Shown: one piece after another, positions 41,741 through 54,320 of the stretch
Layout: each line of letters begins with the position of its first letter
Position numbering within the stretch: position 1 is the first letter of the stretch
NCBI GenBank assembly: GCA_030141605.1
Contig: JAQGDQ010000360.1
Span: 1 to 64,000 of the forward strand
Length of the DNA stretch: 64,000 nucleotides
Source: Tubiluchus corallicola
Taxonomy: Eukaryota > Animalia > Priapulida
Direction: 5' to 3'
Notes under the pieces: model-generated
Seen by the model: only the letters and a program-made list of their open reading frames with translations
Told to the model about the DNA's origin: nothing
Databases searched by the model: none
Program-made: the position numbers and the translations under genes

Positions 41741-43093
41741 AATGCATGCTTTATCTTATCACTGAGAAAAAGATTAATAACATTGACATGTTAAACAAAT
41801 GGACTGATTTATAGCACTTGGTTTCTAATAATCGACGATATCAATATAGTAGCAAAGTGGACTGCTGCAGGCTTAGTGGCTAAGGTCAAGCGATGCCAAT
41901 CAAAGGTCAAGGTCATGGTGGATTGGACGATTTCATATTCTGGGAAGTGTAGATGATGACATAGGTCTACATGTCGACACTACAGCTCATTTTTTAAAAC
42001 ATGCACAAATTTCATGTCCAAAATGCCAAAGACAAGTTCATCAGAGAAACCAATTCATCAGCCACGGAAAACAAACATGAGTATGCACGACACGACTCAA
42101 CTTCTTCCTACATTAGTTGTTATAACTTTTACACAAGTTGTGAACTACTCTACATTACTCCAATTACTCCAACTATTAGCGTAAAATAGAATATTTTTTG
42201 GATTCCTATTATTTTGTTTATAATTTGTGTTCTCAATACCTCAGAAGTTTTACAACATCAAGACAAAACACAACGTGCAAATGACACTACAGACCATCAG
42301 GGTCACTTCAGTGTCCATTCTGCAAAATAAGACCTAGATGAACACTTACACAACATCTACTGCAAAATTTTATTATAACCCACTGAAATTATCAATAGTA
42401 AACAGGAATTCGTGATATTTTCTCCCACAAACCTTGCAACTAAACTTATTAAAAACAAAACATGGGTAATATAGAAAAATTGTGATGAAAATAACGAACT
42501 AAGTATGAAATTCCTAGATTGAAAGCAGGCAACACTTTGTCACGGGAAGAACAGTTTAATAACACACATTCAAAAATAGTAATTAGCACTTAATTTATTT
42601 TATAAGTAATATGCAAAAGTACTAATACAGAAATACTTCATGTTTTACATAACTGCACACCCCCTAAACAAAAAAAATAATTACGTAAAAATTAACATGC
42701 CCATAACTTAAATTATACCGCATTTCATCCTCTTGTCTTTTTTTCACTGTGTGTGTTTTATTTACTGATTTAATATTGAACAATTCTACTGCGTCCAACA
42801 ATATTGATATGCAAATAAAAATGTCACTTATTTATATGCTACTGCTTGTCCATGCATTAACCTAAATACGCACAGAAATAAATTACAAAGCGTCATGAAA
42901 ACATTATAACAGCACTAGACAACAAATGGTCATTGCTGAATGGATGATCAATTCTTTTGACACCCCTTTTGTCCCAGCCAGTCTGCGAGCAACATTAGCT
43001 AGGCACACAACCATGTTTACAGACAAAATTATAAATTAATGCAGTTGCATCATTGTAGAGCTCCCTCATAATTTGCTAGAATAATGTGAAGAG

Positions 43094-44050
43094 ATGGCGG
43101 ACAGAATACCTGAACTGAACGCAACTTTTAGCTTCACCAATGATGTAGTTCATACTAATATTGAAGTCGGTGTGAACATTTTTTCTTTGACTTTAGGTAT
43201 TGCCATCATTATAGCTAATAGCATCGTTATCATAGTGATTGCCAGGGCACCAAGCTTACACAAACCATTGTATTATGCACTGGGTAACTTGTCAGTAGCT
43301 GATCTGGTCTCAGGAATTTGTCTCACTTTACAAACGATTGCCTTCAGTGTTGTTGATCCGAAGAAGAAAAACCTGACAATGTGCGTGTTTCTGTATGTCA
43401 TACCAATTGGTTGTGTAAGTAATTCAGCCATAGGTTACTGCCTGGCTACAGCTGAACGATACATTAGTATCATATATCCACTTCGCTACCACGTTTGGCT
43501 GTCCGATCGCCGTGTAAGAAACATTCTCATTTTTGCATGGATTTATCAAACTGTCGTATTTGGTTCTTTGTTAATTTTGTACATCGTTGACAGGAAAATC
43601 CTATACAAGTGTGTACCACATCCTCATGGATTATATTCAAAATACATGTTTTACAGCACGGTGACTGCATTTCCAGTGATATTAATTTCATTTTCCTACG
43701 CCTACATCACTATCTTAAAAACTGCATTGAAGCAAGTCCGGGAAATAGAAAATTCAACACATGTGGCAGCCGACAGCAGTGTGACTAGAGTGACATCACT
43801 GCAAGCAAAACTTAAACCTGTGAAGACAGTCGCCACCATAGTAGCGTTGTTTTTCGTGTGCTATATACCATGTGTGGTGGCCAGTTTCACGTTTTATGTT
43901 CACGGTGAAACAAAAATGGTTAATGCAAACAACTATTACTGGTATCTTCTACCAGTATACTGCAATTCACTGGCTAATGTGTTCGTTTACGTAGCAAAAA
44001 TGGAGGAGTTTAGAAATGAAATGAAGAAGATGATTCCTTTCTATAAATAA
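43094..44050 (+). CDS. Intronless class A GPCR, copy 3 (318 aa)
   Basis: Intact ORF with the same motifs as copy 1. Confidence 0.95.
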   Translation: MADRIPELNATFSFTNDVVHTNIEVGVNIFSLTLGIAIIIANSIVIIVIARAPSLHKPLYYALGNLSVADLVSGICLTLQTIAFSVVDPKKKNLTMCVFLYVIPIGCVSNSAIGYCLATAERYISIIYPLRYHVWLSDRRVRNILIFAWIYQTVVFGSLLILYIVDRKILYKCVPHPHGLYSKYMFYSTVTAFPVILISFSYAYITILKTALKQVREIENSTHVAADSSVTRVTSLQAKLKPVKTVATIVALFFVCYIPCVVASFTFYVHGETKMVNANNYYWYLLPVYCNSLANVFVYVAKMEEFRNEMKKMIPFYK

Positions 44051-45399
44051 AATGCATGCTTTATCTTATCACTGAGAAAAGATTAATAACATTGACATGT
44101 TAAACAAATTGACTGATTTATAGCACTTGGTTTCTAATAATCAACGGTATCATTATAGTAGCCAAGTGGATTGCTGCAGGCTTAGTGGCAAAGGTCAGGC
44201 AATGCCAATCAAAGGTCAGCGTCATGATGGATTGGATGATTTCACATTCTGGGATGTGTAGATGATGACATATGTCTACATGTCGACACCACAGCTCATA
44301 TTTAAAACACGCACAAATTTCATGTCCAAAATGCCAAAGACGAGTTCATCAGAGAAACCAATTCATCAGCCACGGGAAACAAACATGAGTATGCACGACA
44401 CGACTCAACTTCTTCCTACATTAGTTGTTATAACTTTTACACAAGTTGTGAACTACTCTACATTACTCCAATTACTCCAACTATTAGCGTAAAATAGAAT
44501 ATTTTTTGGATTCCTATTATTTTGTTTATAATTTGTGTTCTCAATATCTCAGAAGTTTTACAACATCAAGACAAAACACAACGTGCAAATGACACTACAG
44601 ACCATCAAGGTCACTTCAGTGTCCATTTTGCAAAATAAGACTTAGATGAACACTTACACAACATCTACTGCAAAATTTAATTATAACCCACTGAAATTAT
44701 CAATAGTAAACAGGAATTCGTGATATTTTTTCCCACAAACCTTACAAGTAAACTTACTAAAATCAAAACATGTGTAATGCAGAAAAATTGTGATGAAAAT
44801 AACGAACTAAATATGAAATTCCTAGATTGAAAGTAGGCAACACTTTGTCACGGCAAGAACAATTTAATAACACACATTCAAAAATAGTAATTAGCACTTA
44901 ATTTATTTTATAAGTAATATGCAAAAGTACTGATACAGAAATACTTCATGTTTTACATAACTGCACACCCCCTAAACAAAAAATAATAATTACGTAAAAA
45001 TTAACAAGCCCATAACTTAAATTATACCGCATTTCATCCACTTGTCCTTTTTCACAACGTGTGTTTTATTTACCGATTTAATATTGAACAATTCTACTGC
45101 GTGCTACAATATTGATATGCAAATAAAAATGTCACTTATTTATATGCTACTGCTTGTCCATGCATTAAGCTAAATACGCACAGAAATAAATTACAAAGCG
45201 TCATGAAAACATTATAACAGCACTAGACAACAAATGGTCATTGCTGAATGGATGATGCACTTTTGGCACCCCCTTTGTCCCAGACAGTCTGCGAGCAACA
45301 TTAGCTAGGCACACAACCATGTTTACAGACAAAATTATAAATTAATGCAGTTGAATCATTGTAGAGCTCCCTCATAAGTTGCTAGAATAATGTGAAGAG

Positions 45400-46353
45400 A
45401 TGGCGGACAGAATGCCTGAACTGAACGCAACTTTTAGCTTCACCAATGATGTAGTTCATACTAATATTGAAGTCGGTGTGAACATTTTTTCTTTGACTTT
45501 AGGTATTGCCATCATTATAGTTAATAGCATTGTTATCATAGTGATTGCCAGGGCACCAAGCTTACACAAGCCATTGTATTATGCACTGGGTAACCTGTCA
45601 GTAGCTGATTTGGTCTCAGGAATCTGTCTCACTTTACAAACGATTGCCTTCAGTGTTGTTGATCCGAAGAAGAAAAACCTGACAATGTGCGTGTTTCTGT
45701 ATGTCATACCAATTGGTTGTGTAAGTAATTCAGCCATAGGTTACTGCCTGGCTACAGCTGAACGATACATTAGTATCATATATCCACTTCGCTATCACGT
45801 TTGGCTCTCCGATCGCCGTGTGAGAAACATTCTCATTTTTGCTTGGATTTATCAAACTGTCGTATTTGGTTCTTTGTTAATTTTGTACATCGTTGACAGG
45901 AATATTTTATACAAGTGTGTACCAAATCCTCATGGATTATATTCAAAGTATATGTTCTACAGCACGGTGACTGCATTTCCAGTGATATTAATTTCATTTT
46001 CCTATGCCTACATCACTATCTTAAAAACTGCATTGAAGCAAGTCCGGGAAATCGAAAATTCCACACATATGGCAGCTGACAGCACTGTGACTAAAGCGAC
46101 ATCACTGCAAGCAAAACTTAAACCTGTGAAGACTGTCGCCACCATAGTAGCGTTGTTTTTCGTGTGCTATACACCATCTGTGGTCGCCATTTTCATGTTG
46201 TATGTTCACGGTGAAACAAATATGGTTAATGCAAACAATTATTACTGGTTTCTTCTACCAGTATACTGCAATTCACTAGCTAATGTGTTCGTGTACGTGG
46301 CAAAAATGGAGGAGTTTAGAAATGAAATGAAGAAGATGATCCCTTTCTGTTGA
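45400..46353 (+). CDS. Intronless class A GPCR, copy 4 (317 aa)
   Basis: Intact ORF; ends PFC*. Confidence 0.95.
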   Translation: MADRMPELNATFSFTNDVVHTNIEVGVNIFSLTLGIAIIIVNSIVIIVIARAPSLHKPLYYALGNLSVADLVSGICLTLQTIAFSVVDPKKKNLTMCVFLYVIPIGCVSNSAIGYCLATAERYISIIYPLRYHVWLSDRRVRNILIFAWIYQTVVFGSLLILYIVDRNILYKCVPNPHGLYSKYMFYSTVTAFPVILISFSYAYITILKTALKQVREIENSTHMAADSTVTKATSLQAKLKPVKTVATIVALFFVCYTPSVVAIFMLYVHGETNMVNANNYYWFLLPVYCNSLANVFVYVAKMEEFRNEMKKMIPFC

Positions 46354-47302
46354 TGGGACACATCAGCAATTTCAACACTGGGATCAAGGTTGCTGAATGT
46401 GTTGTTAAAAAGATATGGAATGATCTGTAGCGTGCGGTTACTGCTCTTTTCTAACATGGAAAAGTAACAATATAAATACAATTGTCATGTGGTTGCCATG
46501 TGTTCCTAACAACAGAGATCAAGGAAGATCAAGCAAGGGTTAAGATCAAGGTGGATAAACGTTCACTGATAGAAAATGCCTCCCCTTGCAAATTCATAAT
46601 GCAAAGATATTCTCTTCTGTTGCAGATTTTACTAAAACATCACAGAATATTGACATCACAATGTAAAAGAAAAGTGGATTCTACTAAATTATTGTTTTAT
46701 GTTGATTTGTACAGTTCTTTCTGTTCATATGGTTTAAGCTTTCAATAGTTTCTTGTAAATTACAATATTGGTGTAAATAAACATGCTACTTATTTACTGA
46801 ATAATTTGAATTTTGGATGAAAAACTTGGATTTAATAAACAGCGGATTCTATAAGGTTAAAGTATTAAACGGTTCAGCTTTAGCAATAGTGGCCACAATA
46901 AGCGGTTGGATCTATTTTCAGTGGATCTATTAAGCGGACCATATTGTATTATTGTTTTTTGTTGGTTTGTGAGGTTATTTCTATTCATATTATCTCAGCT
47001 TTCGCTAGTTTCTTGTGATTTACAATATTGGTGTAAATAAACGTGTCACTTATTTATTAGCTACTGTTTAGTGTTGACTGTCTAAAAATAAATTATAAAG
47101 CACCAGGGTATCATTCTAAGGACGCTTAATAGAAGTTGTCGTTGTCAGTCAGATAATGCATTTTTGATATTCCCTTTGTTATACAACGTGTCATGACTTG
47201 CAGGAAACATGAACTAGACAAACATGGTTTGCAAATACATGTAGCCACGTCTACACAGAAACCAAGCTAATGGCTCAATGCTTGCTGAAATATCGCAAAA
47301 AG

Positions 47303-48287
47303 ATGGAAAACAGATTCGCTGACTTTGGCTATGACAACCTCGAAATTGTTAATCTCGCCATCGACGTTTTCTCCGTGACTTTAGGCTCTGCGATCATTGC
47401 AGTCAATAGAGTCATTGTCGTAGTAATCATAAGGACTCCCGGTTTACAACAAGCCATTGTACTACGCACTGGGTAATTTATCAGTAGCTGATATGTTTTT
47501 AGGAATTTGTCTCACTATACAAACGATCATCTTCAGTCTAGGCAATCTGACGCAGCAAAGTGTGACGTTGTGTACGTTTCTGTACATAATACCGAATGCT
47601 TCTGCATATAATTCTGTCATAGGATATTTCCTGGCCACGACAGAGTGATACATCAGCACAATGTATCCGCTTCGCTACCATATTTAGCTGTCCGACAGAT
47701 GTGTGTGAAACATTCTCATTTGGACATGGGTTTACCAAATTGCCAACCACGGCATTTATTTGATTCTGTATTTCTTTGATGGGCGGATATTGCACAAATG
47801 TATTCCAGTTCCCTGCAGATTACATGCAAAGTACATATTCTACTGCATGATGATTTCATCGGTGGGACCGTGAGACTGGTCTTGTTTTTTCACGTCGTTA
47901 TTCTGAAGGCTGCTTTAAAGCAACGACGGGAAGTAAAAAGTTCCCTGCATATCACAGCCAACCGTACCACGACAGGAACATCAGTGACGTCACTGCATGC
48001 AAGGCTTAAATCATTGAAGGTTGTCACTACCATTGTAGCAATTGTTTCTTGCGTGCTACACACCATTTGCAGTTGTGTTTTTGATGATGTATGCTCACGG
48101 TGAGACTAGGCTGGTTAACACAGGAAATTATTATTGGTATTTTTTATTTTTTTCCTCCATATACAATAATTTTTACAATAAAATTTTTCTGCCGTCCTAC
48201 TGCAATTCGTTGGTTAATGTGTTCATATACGAGGCCAGAATGCCGGAATTTAGAAACGAAATAAAGAAGATGATCCCTTTCTGTTGA
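47303..48287 (+). pseudogene. Divergent GPCR pseudogene (frameshifts, TGA at ERY, ~45-bp insertion before TM7)
   Basis: Fragments MENRF..., YYALGNLSVADMFLGICLT...ATTE*, ...LKVVTTIVA, CYTP...YCNSLVNVFIY...EFRNEIKKMIPFC in shifting frames. Confidence 0.9.
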
Positions 48288-49857
48288 TGGGACACATAAG
48301 CAACTTAACCAAGACTGATGAATGTGTTGTTAAAAACAAATGGAATGATCTGTAGCATGCGGTTACTGCTGTTTTCTAACAATGAAAAGTAACAATATAA
48401 ATACAATTGTCAAGTGGTTGCCACGTGTTCCTAACAACAGAGATCAAGGAAGATCAAGCAAGGGTTAAGATCAAGGTGGATAAACGTTCACTGATAGAGA
48501 ATGCCTTCCCTTGCAAGTTCATAATGCAAAGACATGCTCTTGTATTGCAGATTTTACTAAAATTTACGTCACAAAGTAAGAGAGAGGTAAAAATTGCATC
48601 AACTTTGTATATCTATCTTCGCATTTTTCAAAAGACAAAGGAATGGCTGATTAAACTTAACTTATTTTATATCATGTGTACCTGTTCTTTCAATATGATA
48701 CAAAATATAAATTACATCACATTTAATCCACTTTCTTTCACAATGTGTGTGCTACTGCGTGTTACAATATTCGTATGCAAACAAAAAAGTCACTTATTTA
48801 TGTACTACTGTTTGTGCATGCATTAAGCTAAATGCACACAGAAATAAATTACAAAGCGTCATTAAAACAGCACTAGAAAACAAGCACTCATTGCAGAATG
48901 GATGATGCACTTTTGACATCCCCTTTGTCCCTGACAGCTTGCAAGCAACATTAGCAACAATTACTCCAACATATAGCGTAAAATAGAATATTACTTTGGT
49001 TCCTATTATTTTGTTTATAAATTGCGTTCATAATATCTTAGAAGTTGTACAACATCAAGACAAAAAAGCGCAGATGACACTACAGATCCATTTTGCAAAA
49101 TAAGACTGAGATGAACACTTACACAACATCTAATGCAAAATTTAATTATCACCCACTGAAATTATCAATAGTAAACAGGAATTCGTGATATTTTCTCCCA
49201 CAAACCTTGCAACTAAACTTATTAAAAACAAAACATGGATAATATAGAAAAATTGCGATGAAAATAATGAACTAAATATGAAATTCCTAGATTGAAAGTA
49301 GGCAACACTTTGTCACGGCAAGAACAATTTAATAACACCCATTCAAAAATAGTAATTAGCACTTAATTTATTTTACAAGTAATATGTAAAAGTACTAATA
49401 CAGAAATACTTCATGTTTTACATAACTGCACACCCCCTAAACAAAAAATAAAAATTGCGTAAAAATTAACATGCCCATAACTTAACCTATACTGCATTTA
49501 ATCCTCTTGTCTTTTTTCACAGTGTGTGTTTTATTTATAGATTTTATATTGAACAATTCTACAGCGTGCCACAATATTGATATGCAAATAAAAATGTCAC
49601 TTATTTATGTACTACTGTTTGCGCATTAAGCTAAATACACACGGAAATAAATTACAAAGCGTCATGAAAACATTATAACAGCACTAGAAAACAAAAAATC
49701 ACTGCTGAATGGATGATGCACTCTTGATACCCCTTTTGTCTGCAGCTTGCAAGCAACATTAGCTAGGCACACAACCAAGATTATAGACAAAATTATGAAC
49801 TAATGCAGTTGAATCATTGTCGAGCTCCCTCATAATTTGCTAGAATAACGTGAAGAG

Positions 49858-50811
49858 ATGGCAGACAGAATACCTGAACTGAATGCAACTTTTAGCTTCA
49901 CCAATGATGCAGTTCGTACTAATATCGAACTCGGTGTGAACATTTTTTCCTTGACTTTAGGCATTACCATCATTATAGCTAATAGCATCGTTATCATAGT
50001 GATTGCCAGAGCACCAATCTTACACAAACCATTGTATTATGCACTGTGTAACTTGTCAGTAGCTGATTTGGTCTCAGGAATCTGTCTCACTTTACAAACG
50101 ATTACCTTCAGTGTTGTTGATCCGAAGAAGAAAAACCTGACAATGTGCGTGTTTCTGTATGTCATACCAAATGCTTGTGTGAGTAATTCAGCCATAGGTT
50201 ACTGCCTGGCTACAGCTGAACGATACATTAGTATCATATATCCACTTCGCTATCACGTTTGGCTGTCCGATCGCGGTGTAAGAAACATTCTCATTTTTGC
50301 ATGGATTTATCAAACTGTCGTATTTGGTTCTTTGTTAATTTTGTACATCTTTGACAGGAATATTTTGTACAAGTGTGTACCAAATCCTCATGGATTATAT
50401 TCAAAATACATGTTTTACTGCTCGGTGACTGCATTTCCAGGGATATTAATTTCATTTTCCTACGCCTACATCACTATCTTAAAAACTGCATTGAAGCAAG
50501 TCCGGGAAATAGAAAATTCAACACATGTGGCAGCTGACAGCACTGTGACTAGAGCGACATCACTGCAAGCAAAACTTAAACCTGTGAAGACTGTCGCCAC
50601 CATAGTAGCGTTGTTTTTCGTGTGCTACACACCAACTGTGGTCGCCATTTTCATGTTGTATGTTCACGGTGAAACAAAAATGGTTAATGCAAACAACTAT
50701 TACTGGTTTCTTCTACCAGTATACTGCAATTCACTAGCTAGTGTGTTCGTGTACGTAGCAAAAATGGAGGAGTTTAGAAATGAAATGAAGAAGATGATTC
50801 CTTTCTGTTGA
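49858..50811 (+). CDS. Intronless class A GPCR, copy 6 (317 aa)
   Basis: Intact ORF; TM7 reads NSLASVFVY. Confidence 0.95.
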   Translation: MADRIPELNATFSFTNDAVRTNIELGVNIFSLTLGITIIIANSIVIIVIARAPILHKPLYYALCNLSVADLVSGICLTLQTITFSVVDPKKKNLTMCVFLYVIPNACVSNSAIGYCLATAERYISIIYPLRYHVWLSDRGVRNILIFAWIYQTVVFGSLLILYIFDRNILYKCVPNPHGLYSKYMFYCSVTAFPGILISFSYAYITILKTALKQVREIENSTHVAADSTVTRATSLQAKLKPVKTVATIVALFFVCYTPTVVAIFMLYVHGETKMVNANNYYWFLLPVYCNSLASVFVYVAKMEEFRNEMKKMIPFC

Positions 50812-50997
50812 TGGGACACATCAGCAATTTAAACACTGGATCAAGATTGCTGAATGTGTTGCTAAAAAGAGATGGAATGAACTGTAGCGTGCGGTTACTG
50901 CTTTTTCCTAACATGGAAAACTAACAATATAAATACAATTGTCATGTGGTTGTCATGTGCGTCTGATATAGGTGATACCGTGATATAGGTGAACCGA

Positions 50998-51172
50998 GTT
51001 CAGACTAGAGAGTTTTTTCTGAGAGTAAACTCTCAAGTGTGAACGGCTTTGCGAGTTCTCTCGGTCTTGTCAAGTTGCTGCAAACCCTCCGAGAGCTGCT
51101 GAGAATTTCTCGTAGACAAGCTCTGTTCATTGTAGGAACTCTCAGGAGAAAACTCTCCAGTCTGAACGCGCC
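50998..51172. mobile_element. Short Harbinger-like MITE
   Basis: Inverted ends gttcagactagagagttttttctgagag ... ctctcaggagaaaactctccagtctgaac. Confidence 0.55.
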
Positions 51173-51289
51173 ATTTGATTGTGTTGCACTGATGCTATTG
51201 TGTCAGACTGCAGATGCGTATTCGAACGTGGCAGATATATGCTTAATAAAACATACTTTAAAGCAATCTTATACTGTAGATCAAAACAA

Positions 51290-52805
51290 TGTACGCTTTA
51301 AAATATTTAAAGAAAACATACCAATTTTTTCAAAAATGACTTACGTGAAAGAATTATTACCACACAAACACAATTTCATGTTTGCACCACTAGTTAGTTA
51401 GTTTAAACATAATTTATTTAAGATTGGATCAGGCAGTTTGTACAACATGATTTAAGATCCTCACCACAACAGACTTTATGCACTATTTACAATAAGAATA
51501 AACTATACTTAGTTTTCAGTATACTTTAGTATACTAAAGTTTTACTACAGTGATACATTAGACATTAGTAGAAAATGACGGTTAGTAAATATTAATGTAC
51601 GATTATTTAAGAATGATGCATTTTATATCAGATAGAAACTACTAGAAGCGTTTAGTACGTAATATAAAGTCATGTATACATTGGAATATTTTACAGTTAG
51701 CAACATAGTTAAATACATCTTTTCCGAATAATAACAACTTCAACAGATCATTAGTTTCTAAGGCAGCTATATTAAGGTTTTCGGGCAGAAGTATTTCATT
51801 TAATTTATCAAACATAACTACCCTAGCTAGTTGATGCAATGGGCAGTGCAGCAAAAAGTGTTCAACAGACTCAAATCGAAATCCACAGTTACAATTCGGC
51901 AATATTGGATGACCGTTATTATCTTTACAGCCTTTAGAGAAAAGGTCATAGTTTAGCTGAGAAAATCCGATTCTCATGCGCGTATGATGCACTGATATTG
52001 GAGGTTGACCAAATGAAAAATGTTTCTTACGCAACGAAAATGAGATTTGAGCTCTTGTTTGAATTGTGAAATGGATGTAATTTCACGAATGTTCTGTGGT
52101 AAGTTGTTCTACATGTTAATGGTCGATATGAAAAACGATTTCTCACAGCTAACAGAATGGCAATTAAAATTTCTGTATTTAGTACCACTGCTTATATAAT
52201 AGGGGGTAACTTCGTTTACCTTTGGCGGCAGAATTGCACTTAAATAGTGGGGCACTAAGTCATTGATTATTTTGAAAAAAAGACATAGGCGATGATAATG
52301 GAAGCACCACAAGTTGTTCGCTGTTACATGCATTTTGCCATTCTCAGGTTACACTGGTGCTAGCGCCTGCATTTCTCAAACGTATTGCACAAAAAACACG
52401 TGTTGCACCTCTCAGTTCAGATGTGTTAATTTGTGACGAGCTACAAACGTTCGACAGCTCATGCGTTCGACAGCTGTAAATTTGAAATTTGAATTTTTAT
52501 CTTAAAACTTGCATAGCTTTAGAACAAGGCACACTGAATATCTTGCAGTAGCACTGTACTTCAATCTTCAGTTTCACAAACGCGTGTCAACACGTTCATA
52601 GAATATTTGTGCTTTGAAAATCATGTTAGTTTGTGATATCATCAGTAGTCGGGTTCGCTAACTTAATTGTCAATTAAGTTTTAATCTATTATTATTTAAT
52701 TATCAGAAACGCTTTTGCAGCATTAATTGTGTTAAAATGTATCCTTTTTATCGGTTCTTGTAAATGGTGCATTATTATTGTGAAAATCATCCTGTCTTTC
52801 GTTAA
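51290..52805 (+). mobile_element. Kolobok-like family K interrupted by a LINE
   Basis: 51290-51395 and 52304-52805 are colinear with other K copies; ends catcctgtctttcg-TTAA. Confidence 0.65.
51396..52303 (-). mobile_element. 5'-truncated CR1/L2-group LINE
   Basis: HRLCLFFKIINDLVPHYLS...SFF and HHTRMRIGFSQLN...CNCGFRFESVEHFLLHCP; (TAAC) tail; 12-bp TSD GCACCAC(T/A)AGTT at 51384-51395 / 52304-52315. Confidence 0.85.
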
Positions 52806-53127
52806 TATCCACGGCAACCCTATATTAGATCCGCAACGAACTAAAAACTTCACCTAAAGCGTGACTGTTTGTCATATAATTCCTTTCTGAAATGTCCCTA
52901 ATGTATTTTCGTCGCCAGGCAACCCAACAGTGCCCTCTACAGGTAAAAATAGTAACAATATAATTTAGAGTTCATCAACAGAAGCGTTATATACGATGAA
53001 ATACTAAAACTTTCTTCATAAATAAAGCTTAAATATTTCCTGTTGATATTTAAAACATAAGTTAAGTGAAAAATTCTTAAATAACAGAGTAAAGTTTGAA
53101 AAATAATCAGGCATGCAAAAAATCATT

Positions 53128-53345
53128 TTATATTGTCAATAAGATCAATAATGTGTTTTTGGTGAGCCAGAGGTGCACACTGGGGAGACGATGAATGCCA
53201 TTTTTCGGTTCACCGCGGACACTTTAAGTTACTAAGAATTTTTTCTTAGTACTTAAGTCTTTCAAACAGGCAAATGTAATGCTAAGTAATATAACTTTGT
53301 AGGGAAAGTTGTTTGGGATTTTCTATAAAATTCCCTTTTCTTCAC
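53128..53345 (+). repeat. ~215-bp direct repeat (partner 54338-54550); related inverted fragment at ~6175-6245
   Basis: attgtcaataagatc(a/t)ataatgtg...ggttcaccgcgg(a/t)cactttaa...ctataaaattccc. Confidence 0.8.
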
Positions 53346-53427
53346 CTCCCTTATTCTTTGTAACATGGCGACGTGCAGCGACGAATTGCGTAGACTCACA
53401 CGGTTAGGTGTATAGTAGTTACTTTTT

Positions 53428-54320
53428 CTTATTTCTAGTTAGTTCTGGTTATTTCTTGTTAATTCTAGTTATTTCTTGTTAGTTCTCGTTATTTCTAGTT
53501 AGTTCTGGTTATTTTTAGTTAGTTCTGGTTATTTCTAGTTAGTTCTGGTTATTTTTAGTTCTGGTTATTTTTAGTTAGTTCTGGTTATTTCTAGTTAGTT
53601 CTGGTTATTTTTAGTTAGTTCTGGTTATTTCTAGTTAGTTCTGGTTATTTTTAGTTAGTTCTAGTTATTTCTGGTTATTTCTAGTTAGTTCTGGTTATTT
53701 CTAGTTCTGGTTATTTTTAGTTCTGGTTATTTTTAGTTCTGGTTATTTTTAGTTAGTTCTGGTTATTTCTAGTTAGTTCTGGTTATTTTTAGTTAGTTCT
53801 GGTTATTTTTAGTTCTGGTTATTTTTAGTTAGTTCTGGTTATTTCTAGTTAGTTCTGGTTATTTTTAGTTAGTTCTGGTTATTTTTAGTTAGTTCTGGTT
53901 ATTTCTAGTTATTTCTGGTTATTTCTAGTTAGTTCTGGTTATTTTTAGTTCTGCTTATTTTTAGTTCTGGTTATTTTTAGTTAGTTCTGGTTATTTCTAG
54001 TTAGTTCTGGTTATTTTTAGTTCTGGTTATTTTTAGTTCTGGTTATTTTTAGTTAGTTCTGGTTATTTCTAGTTAGTTCTGGTTATTTTTAGTTAGTTCT
54101 GGTTATTTCTAGTTAGTTCTGGTTATTTCTAGTTAGTTCTGGTTATTTCTAGTTAGTTCTGGTTATTTCTAGTTAGTTCTGGTTATTTCTAGTTAGTTCT
54201 GGTTATTTCTAGTTAGTTCTGGTTATTTCTAGTTAGTTCTGGTTATTTTTAGTTAGTTCTAGTTATTTCTGGTTATTTCTAGTTATTTCTGGTTATTTGT
54301 AGTTATTTCTGGTTATTTAT
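53428..54320 (+). repeat. Minisatellite of ~20-bp unit gttattt(c/t)tagttagttctg with 16-bp variants
   Basis: Read directly. Confidence 0.95.

Larger units (their letters stand above)
37500..50960 (+). repeat. Tandem segmental array, ~2.2-2.3-kb unit each carrying one GPCR
   Basis: ATGs at 38597, 40784, 43094, 45400 (spacings 2187, 2310, 2306) and 49858; intergenic sequence is also repeated. Confidence 0.95.
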
